A program made the position numbers and the translations under genes. Shown piece after piece: positions 57,775 through 64,000 of a DNA stretch of 64,000 nucleotides. The notes beneath the pieces were generated by a model, which was given only the letters and a program-made list of their open reading frames with translations, did not search any database and was not told where the DNA came from. Position 1 is the stretch's first letter; each line of letters opens with the position of its first letter. The DNA is from Clostridia bacterium (GTDB lineage: Bacteria; Bacillota; Clostridia; UBA1381), in the NCBI GenBank assembly GCA_045637525.1, contig JAZTZP010000150.1, positions 64,151 through 128,150 of the forward strand, in the 5' to 3' direction.

Positions 57775-60150
57775 ATGTTAAAAGAAATGCTTGGTAAAAA
57801 AATGCTGTTTTTTGATGGCGGAATGGGAACTCTTCTTCAGAAAAACGGCTTAAAGGGCGGCGAAATCCCTGAATATCTGAATATAACCGATTCTGATGCC
57901 ATTACATCAATTCACAGGGCATATATTGACGCCGGTAGTGATATTATAACAACAAATACTTTTGGTGCAAACGGTGTGAAAGCACTTGAGTGGAAATGTT
58001 CATTAAATGAAATAATAACTGCCGCTGTAACAAATGTTAAGAATGCAATTGCATCAAGCGGTACAACCCGACAGATTTTCACAGCGCTCGATATGGGACC
58101 CACCGGGAAGCTGTTAGAACCGCTCGGGGATTTTACATTTGATTCAGCATATGAAGCCTTTAAGGCTGCAGCTGTTGCCGGAGAACAGGCAGGTGCAGAC
58201 CTTGTTATAATTGAAACTATGTCTGATTTGTATGAGGCTAAAGCCGCTGTTTTAGCGGTTAAAGAAAATACTGATTTACCTGTATTTTGTACAATGACAT
58301 TTGATGAAAAGGGCCAGACGCTTACGGGTGCAAGTGCTGCTGTTGCGGCTGTTACCTTAGAGGGCTTAGGCGTGGATGCGATAGGTGCAAACTGCGGTCT
58401 CGGACCTTCACAGATTTATAACATAGTTAATGAAATGCATGAATTCTGCTCAGTTCCCATAATTGTTCAACCGAACGCCGGATTGCCTAAAATTGTTGAC
58501 GGATGCACTGTTTTTGATGTTGATGCCGTGATGTTTAGTTCTCAAATGGAGAAAATTGCAAGGATTGGAGTATCTGTTATGGGCGGATGCTGCGGTACTA
58601 CTCCTGAATACATCAGAAATACTGTTGAGAAGTGCAAATCAGTTGTACCTAACGTAACTGAAAATGAAAATACATATATTACGTCTTACTGTCGTTTTGC
58701 GGAATTAGGCAAAAGACCGCTGATAATCGGCGAGAGGATTAATCCCACCGGCAAAAAGAAATTAAAAGAGGCACTCCGGGCAAATGATATGGAATACATT
58801 ATGAACGAAGCGATTTCACAGGTCGAAGCCGGAGCTGATGTTCTGGATATTAATACCGGTCTGCCTGAAATATGCGAATCTGACATGATGATAGCGGCTA
58901 TCAAAGCTGTAACATCGTGTGCTACTGTGCCTTTACAGATTGACAGTGCAGATCCTGCGGTTTTAGAACGTGCACTGCGTTATTATAACGGTAAGCCGAT
59001 TATAAATTCAGTAAACGGAAAACAGGAAACTATGGATCTGGTGTTTCCGCTTGCAGCTAAATATGGCGGTGTGGTGATCGGTCTTACACTTGATGAGGAT
59101 GGAATACCTGCTACTGCTGAGGGCAGGAAGTTAATTGCTGAAAGGATAGTATCGGAGGCATCACGATATGGCATAAGAAAAAAAGACATTTTAATAGATG
59201 CACTCACAATGACTGTTTCGACAGGCGAGCCGGAGGCTAAAACCACCTTAGAAGCTTTGAGGTTGATAAAAGATATGGGCGTTAAAACTGTTCTTGGCGT
59301 ATCAAATGTATCGTTTGGACTTCCGAGACGAGAGCTTGTTAACAGTACGTTTTTTGCATTGGCACTGAATAGCGGTTTGGATGCTTGCATCATTAATCCT
59401 TGTTCAGAGTCGATGATGAATGCATATTATTCTTATCTTGTTTTATCGGGTATAGACGATAATTGTGCAGGATATATCGAAAGGTATAACGGCACAGTGC
59501 AAAAAATTACGGAAGTTACTGAAAATAAGAATTTATATGAAATAATAGTAAAGGGCTTGCGGGATATTGCTTATGCCGAAACCGAAGAGCTTTTGAAAAC
59601 AACAGAGCCTATGGCAATAATTAATCAGATTATCATACCGGCATTAAATTATGTTGGTGGTGAGTTTGAGAAGGGAATAATGTTTTTGCCGCAGCTTATG
59701 ACGTCGGCGGCAACGGTACAAAATGCGTTTGAGGCTATAAAAAAACATATAGAATCGACGGGTGATATTCCTGAATCAAAGGGTACGATAATTCTTGCTA
59801 CCGTTAAAGGTGATGTTCATGACATCGGAAAAAATATTGTAAAAGTTCTTCTTGAAAACTATGGCTATAAGGTTGTTGATTTAGGGAAGGATGTTCCCGA
59901 ACAACACGTAGTTGAAGCCATAAAGAATGAAAACGCAGATTTATGCGGTTTGTCTGCATTAATGACAACAACAGTCAGCAGTATGGAAACTACCATTAAA
60001 GCCATACGACAAGCAGGATTGACAGTAAAGATTTTAGTCGGCGGAGCTGTTTTGACTGAAGAATATGCAAAAATGATCGGTGCTGACGCTTATGCAAAAG
60101 ACGCTTTGGCTGCTGTTGAATATGCAAATAAACACTTTGAAGACAAATAA
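57775..60150 (+). CDS. metH: cobalamin-dependent methionine synthase, three-module form (Hcy-binding, pterin-binding, B12-binding; no AdoMet reactivation domain)
   Basis: FDGGMGT, GANCGLGP, GGCCGTTP (Zn site), pterin domain IGERINPTG, and the B12 motif GDVHDIGKN with SALMTTT. At 791 aa it ends just after the Rossmann B12 domain. Confidence 0.9.
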   Translation: MLKEMLGKKMLFFDGGMGTLLQKNGLKGGEIPEYLNITDSDAITSIHRAYIDAGSDIITTNTFGANGVKALEWKCSLNEIITAAVTNVKNAIASSGTTRQIFTALDMGPTGKLLEPLGDFTFDSAYEAFKAAAVAGEQAGADLVIIETMSDLYEAKAAVLAVKENTDLPVFCTMTFDEKGQTLTGASAAVAAVTLEGLGVDAIGANCGLGPSQIYNIVNEMHEFCSVPIIVQPNAGLPKIVDGCTVFDVDAVMFSSQMEKIARIGVSVMGGCCGTTPEYIRNTVEKCKSVVPNVTENENTYITSYCRFAELGKRPLIIGERINPTGKKKLKEALRANDMEYIMNEAISQVEAGADVLDINTGLPEICESDMMIAAIKAVTSCATVPLQIDSADPAVLERALRYYNGKPIINSVNGKQETMDLVFPLAAKYGGVVIGLTLDEDGIPATAEGRKLIAERIVSEASRYGIRKKDILIDALTMTVSTGEPEAKTTLEALRLIKDMGVKTVLGVSNVSFGLPRRELVNSTFFALALNSGLDACIINPCSESMMNAYYSYLVLSGIDDNCAGYIERYNGTVQKITEVTENKNLYEIIVKGLRDIAYAETEELLKTTEPMAIINQIIIPALNYVGGEFEKGIMFLPQLMTSAATVQNAFEAIKKHIESTGDIPESKGTIILATVKGDVHDIGKNIVKVLLENYGYKVVDLGKDVPEQHVVEAIKNENADLCGLSALMTTTVSSMETTIKAIRQAGLTVKILVGGAVLTEEYAKMIGADAYAKDALAAVEYANKHFEDK

Positions 60151-60164
60151 CGTATGAAAGGATT

Positions 60165-61301
60165 TTGAATGTATTGAAAGCGCTTATTTTATCTATAAAG
60201 GCCGGATATGGACATCATTCAGCCGGTCATGCTGTTGTTGAATGTTTTGAATCACACGGATGCGAGTGCCTGATGCTTGACACATTTGAATATATCAGCA
60301 AATTTTTATGCGATGGAGTTCAGGACGGCTATTTATTAACGACGAAATATCTTAAAGAAGCATACGGAATAGTATATTCCACTCTCGACAAGCGTGATGA
60401 GCCTGTGGAACGTTATTCACCTGCTGTTATGGTTTCTAAAGTTATATCAAAAAAATTAGTTAAATTCATAGACGACTATAACCCTGATATTATTATAGGG
60501 ACGCATTCTTTTGTGGGAGTACTGCTTACGGTTATGAAAGAGCGCGGATATATTAAATGTCCGACAACAGGAATAATAACTGATTTTACAGTGCATCCTT
60601 TCTGGGAAAGCACACAGCTTGATGCGTATGTATTACCCGACCGTATGCTAATACCGTCTGCAAACAGAAAAGGTATTCCGACGAAATCTGTTCTTCCGGT
60701 TGGTATTCCGATACGGAAACAGTTTTCTCAGAAAAATGACAAGGAATTTATCCGCCGGAAGTTAGGGCTTCAGCATAAGAAAACTGTACTTGTGATGATG
60801 GGATCTATGGGATTTGGCAGCATAACAGATGTTATACATACTCTCGATGAATTTCCGGATGATTTTCAAATTGTTTGTGTTTGCGGAAATAATGAAAAAG
60901 CGAAAAGCAGTATTGATGAGGTTTTGTGGAACAAAAACGTTGTAAATCTCGGGTTTACAACTAATATCAGTGAATACATGGATGCTGCTGATGTAATAGT
61001 TACAAAACCGGGAGGGCTCACAACATCAGAAGCAATGGCAAAAGGTCTTCCTATGATACTTATGAATCCAATACCCGGTCAGGAAGACAGAAACATTCAG
61101 TTTTTAGTGAATGCCGGCGCCGGTATAATGGTTACAGATACATATCCGCTTGAATATGCATTATATGCATTTTTTAAGTGTGATTGGAAAGCAGGACTAA
61201 TGAAACAGGCTGTTTCTGCAATAGGCAAGCCGAATGCGACGGAGGATTTATATGATGCTTCGTTGAAACTTATAGAAAACAAGGACGTAATAGCAAAGTG
61301 A
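60165..61301 (+). CDS. MGDG-synthase family (GT28) diacylglycerol glycosyltransferase
   Basis: ILSIKAGYGHHSAGHAV, PFWESTQLDAY, VTKPGGLTTSEAMAKGLPMI and PGQEDRN. TTG start. Confidence 0.8.
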   Translation: MNVLKALILSIKAGYGHHSAGHAVVECFESHGCECLMLDTFEYISKFLCDGVQDGYLLTTKYLKEAYGIVYSTLDKRDEPVERYSPAVMVSKVISKKLVKFIDDYNPDIIIGTHSFVGVLLTVMKERGYIKCPTTGIITDFTVHPFWESTQLDAYVLPDRMLIPSANRKGIPTKSVLPVGIPIRKQFSQKNDKEFIRRKLGLQHKKTVLVMMGSMGFGSITDVIHTLDEFPDDFQIVCVCGNNEKAKSSIDEVLWNKNVVNLGFTTNISEYMDAADVIVTKPGGLTTSEAMAKGLPMILMNPIPGQEDRNIQFLVNAGAGIMVTDTYPLEYALYAFFKCDWKAGLMKQAVSAIGKPNATEDLYDASLKLIENKDVIAK

Positions 61302-62497
61302 AAAAATTTTTTAGACGTGTTTTTAGATTATTTTTAATATGTGTATTGGTTTCGTTATTTACAGTAATGCTGAATAATGAAACTGATATTATCTCGGATT
61401 TTGGAAAATATTCTCCGCAAACACTGGAAAAATATCCACAGGTTTGCGAGGCTCTTAAAAGCTTTTCTGACTATTTATCTGTGAAGACAGGGCATTGGCC
61501 TACCGTCAGCCGTATTATTGCTGCTATCGAAAAGAGTTCAATCAATCCGCAGGAATTAGTAACGAACAGTTATATAAAAAATAGTCCTATGGTAAGCTTT
61601 TATGAACCGGAAAGCATAGGTTTTTCCGTAAATAAAAATGCAGTTACTATTTTCGGAAACTCCGAAAATGCTGACAATAATAATTTTATAGCTATATTTA
61701 CCGATGATAAGAATAACGAAATTTTGCAAACTTCATTTTCTAAAAACTTTCAGAATGAGTTTGCAGAAAAAATAACAATCCCCAAAACAGATAAATCAAG
61801 GTTAGAGATTTCGGTTTATACCAGTCCTAAAATGTATGGCGAATATAACAGCATGATACTTGATTATGTGTATATCGTTAAAAATGATATTGGTGAATGG
61901 GAAATAGAAAAGTCTCCGGTTTATGAAAATAACTGCGAATTCTACGAAACGGAAAAACCTGTAAATAATGCGCTTACATCTTCTTCAGCTATACTGTCTG
62001 AACGGGAGGATGTAAAACGGTTTGTTAATAATATTGTAAACGGAATTGATAATGATTATGATAAGCTGTTGGCACTTCATGATTGGATTTGTAAAAACAT
62101 ATACTATGATGAGGACGCGGTACAGAGCGGAGAATACCCTTCGTATAATCCGATAGATGTGATAAACAGCCGAAAAGGGGTATGTAAAGGATTTGCATAT
62201 CTATTTGCTACAATGGTAAGAAGTATTAATATACCATGTAATATTGTGTCCGGCTATGCTTTAGGCGTGGAAGAAATTGATGATTGGGGAGATGTGAGCA
62301 GCTCTGAGGCACCCAATCATGCATGGAATGAAGCTTATGTTGATGGCAGATGGATCATTATAGACACTACATGGGATTGCGGAAATAAAATTGAGAACGG
62401 CAATAAGACAGAATTGCCGGTGTCCCACGTATATTTTGATGCTAATATTGATTATTTTTCAGCAAACCATAAAATTATGGAATACATTACGCGCTGA
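61298..62497 (+). CDS. transglutaminase-like domain protein (membrane-anchored or secreted)
   Basis: N-terminal TM helix. The transglutaminase core has the catalytic Cys in RKGVCKGFAYLFATMVRSINIP, followed by HAWNEAYVDGRWIIIDTTWD. The GTG start overlaps the previous stop. Confidence 0.8.
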   Translation: MKKFFRRVFRLFLICVLVSLFTVMLNNETDIISDFGKYSPQTLEKYPQVCEALKSFSDYLSVKTGHWPTVSRIIAAIEKSSINPQELVTNSYIKNSPMVSFYEPESIGFSVNKNAVTIFGNSENADNNNFIAIFTDDKNNEILQTSFSKNFQNEFAEKITIPKTDKSRLEISVYTSPKMYGEYNSMILDYVYIVKNDIGEWEIEKSPVYENNCEFYETEKPVNNALTSSSAILSEREDVKRFVNNIVNGIDNDYDKLLALHDWICKNIYYDEDAVQSGEYPSYNPIDVINSRKGVCKGFAYLFATMVRSINIPCNIVSGYALGVEEIDDWGDVSSSEAPNHAWNEAYVDGRWIIIDTTWDCGNKIENGNKTELPVSHVYFDANIDYFSANHKIMEYITR

Positions 62498-62532
62498 GTA
62501 ACATAAATTTATTGTAAGTGAGGTGAGAAAAG

Positions 62533-63072
62533 ATGTCTGATTACATAACGACCTTTACCGGTTGTCACATAAACCCGATGCAACCGGATGCGGATCTGAT
62601 AAATTTAGAAGATATTGCGCATTCACTTTCATTACAATGCAGAGCTAACGGTCATTTTCCGAGGTTTTATACAGTCGCACAGCATTGTATTGATTGTGCG
62701 ATTGAAGCAAAACACAGAAAATATAATAAATCCATGCAGCTTGCATGTCTTTTACATGATGCGGCAGAGGCTTATTTTGCCGATATACCAAAGCCTGTAA
62801 AACAATATTTCCCCGAATATGAGCAATACGAAATCAAGCTTTTGGATGTTATTTATCAAAAATACTTAGGAAAAAAGTTATCCGTGAAGGAATGGAATAT
62901 AGTTTCAGGAATAGACAGAGATTTGTTTTGTCACGAATTTTTAGTGATTATGGGCGAGCAAACTACTGATGTAATGCCGGAGCTATACTCAAATCCTCTT
63001 TTTAAAACTCGCCCTGCAATTGAAGTTGAAGAAGAATATAAACGCTGTTTCAGACGTCTTATATCAAAATGA
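62533..63072 (+). CDS. HD-domain phosphohydrolase
   Basis: IAHSLSLQCRANGH and LLHDAAEAYFADIPKPVK (H...HD...D pattern). Confidence 0.7.
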   Translation: MSDYITTFTGCHINPMQPDADLINLEDIAHSLSLQCRANGHFPRFYTVAQHCIDCAIEAKHRKYNKSMQLACLLHDAAEAYFADIPKPVKQYFPEYEQYEIKLLDVIYQKYLGKKLSVKEWNIVSGIDRDLFCHEFLVIMGEQTTDVMPELYSNPLFKTRPAIEVEEEYKRCFRRLISK

Positions 63073-64000
63073 ATGACTTTTACTATTCTGATGATATTAA
63101 AAGATACCATACATGGAATTATCATTTAAAGAAAAAGTTCGGCTGTAAGGTTTTTAAAGTATCACTTAATGCCGGCTTTACCTGCCCTAATATTGACGGC
63201 AGTAAAGGTACCGGAGGCTGTACGTATTGTTCATCATCCGGAAGCGGTGATTTTGCAGGAAATCCTGAGGCTACACTGGAAGAACAGTTTGAAAGCGTGA
63301 AAGCAATGCTTCACAAAAAATGGCATGAAGGCAAGTATATGCCGTATTTTCAGGCACACACAAATACATATGCACCATTGCCGGTGCTGAAACAAAAGTT
63401 TGAGGAAGTTATAAAGTATGAGAATACTGTCGGACTCAGCATTGCCACACGTGCAGATTGTATTTCGGATGACGTGCTCCGGTATTTGCACGATTTAAGC
63501 CGCAGAACTTATCTTATAGTTGAGCTTGGGCTTCAGAGTATATTTGATGAAACAGGAGAGCGGATTAACAGATGCCATACATATCAGGAGTTTTTTGAAT
63601 GTTATAACAGGCTTGTTGAGAGAGATATAAATGTTTGCGTGCATCTTATAAATGGACTTCCGGGAGAAAATAAGGAAATGATGCTTGAGAGTGCAAAAAC
63701 GGTGGGGAAGTTGAATCCTCATTGTCTGAAGCTTCATTTACTGCATATCATCAAAAACACGAGAATGGAACAAGAGTATTTTGACGGAAAGGTAAGTCCG
63801 CTGACTCTGGAAGAATATGTTGATATCGTAACAGATCAGCTCAGATATATTCCTGAAACCACAGTAATCCAGCGATTAACGGGTGATGGCGGACGTGATA
63901 TTCTTACAGCGCCACTGTGGAGTTTGAAAAAGTTTGTGGTACTTAATGAAATTGACAAGACTATGATAAGAAAAAATGCATATCAGGGAGATCTGATAAA
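63069..64000 (+). CDS. radical SAM protein, TIGR01212/YhcC-like (3' end beyond the window)
   Basis: Hand translation is open from ATG 63069 to the window end: MNDFYYSDDIKRYHTWNYHLKKKFGCKVFKVSLNAGFTCPNIDGSKGTGGCTYCS... The ATG overlaps the previous TGA. It is absent from the ORF track because no stop is reached. Confidence 0.8.
   Translation, partial: MNDFYYSDDIKRYHTWNYHLKKKFGCKVFKVSLNAGFTCPNIDGSKGTGGCTYCSSSGSGDFAGNPEATLEEQFESVKAMLHKKWHEGKYMPYFQAHTNTYAPLPVLKQKFEEVIKYENTVGLSIATRADCISDDVLRYLHDLSRRTYLIVELGLQSIFDETGERINRCHTYQEFFECYNRLVERDINVCVHLINGLPGENKEMMLESAKTVGKLNPHCLKLHLLHIIKNTRMEQEYFDGKVSPLTLEEYVDIVTDQLRYIPETTVIQRLTGDGGRDILTAPLWSLKKFVVLNEIDKTMIRKNAYQGDLI

Overview
This window is a low-GC Firmicutes chromosome segment, probably a spore-forming Clostridia lineage given ytfI/ytfJ, an SleB-like hydrolase and a YaaL-like gene. 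Most of it is housekeeping. It carries tRNA-Thr(GGU) and tRNA-Ser(GGA), trmO, hpf, rpsT, scpAB, enolase and a ten-gene F-type ATP synthase operon on the minus strand. It also carries dxs-tlyA-ispE, folC, acpS-nnr-alr followed by a MazF module, and metF-metH. The one clearly accessory block is a roughly 17 kb Wzx/Wzy-type glycan locus (25.4-42.6 kb). That locus has an unusual tailoring module: a truncated ATP-grasp remnant, an intact ATP-grasp ligase, an orphan TRAP DctM-like permease, a small membrane protein and a DegT aminotransferase. The module sits next to rfbA/rfbB (no rmlC/rmlD) and ugd. Other points worth a second look follow. Both tRNA genes are followed by arrays of a constant 7-8 nt word alternating with small variable hairpins. 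The ATP synthase c subunit carries a full Na+-binding signature. A Y1-transposase-like protein has lost its HUH histidines. MazF is paired with an antitoxin lacking the DNA-binding half. A 32-codon ORF is translationally coupled to folC. A 15-bp hairpin covers the enolase Shine-Dalgarno. Nearly every intergenic region has a near-perfect TTGACA-17-TATAAT promoter. I found no rRNA genes, CRISPR arrays, prophage or intact IS elements. All product calls come from reading the translations by eye, with no database search.
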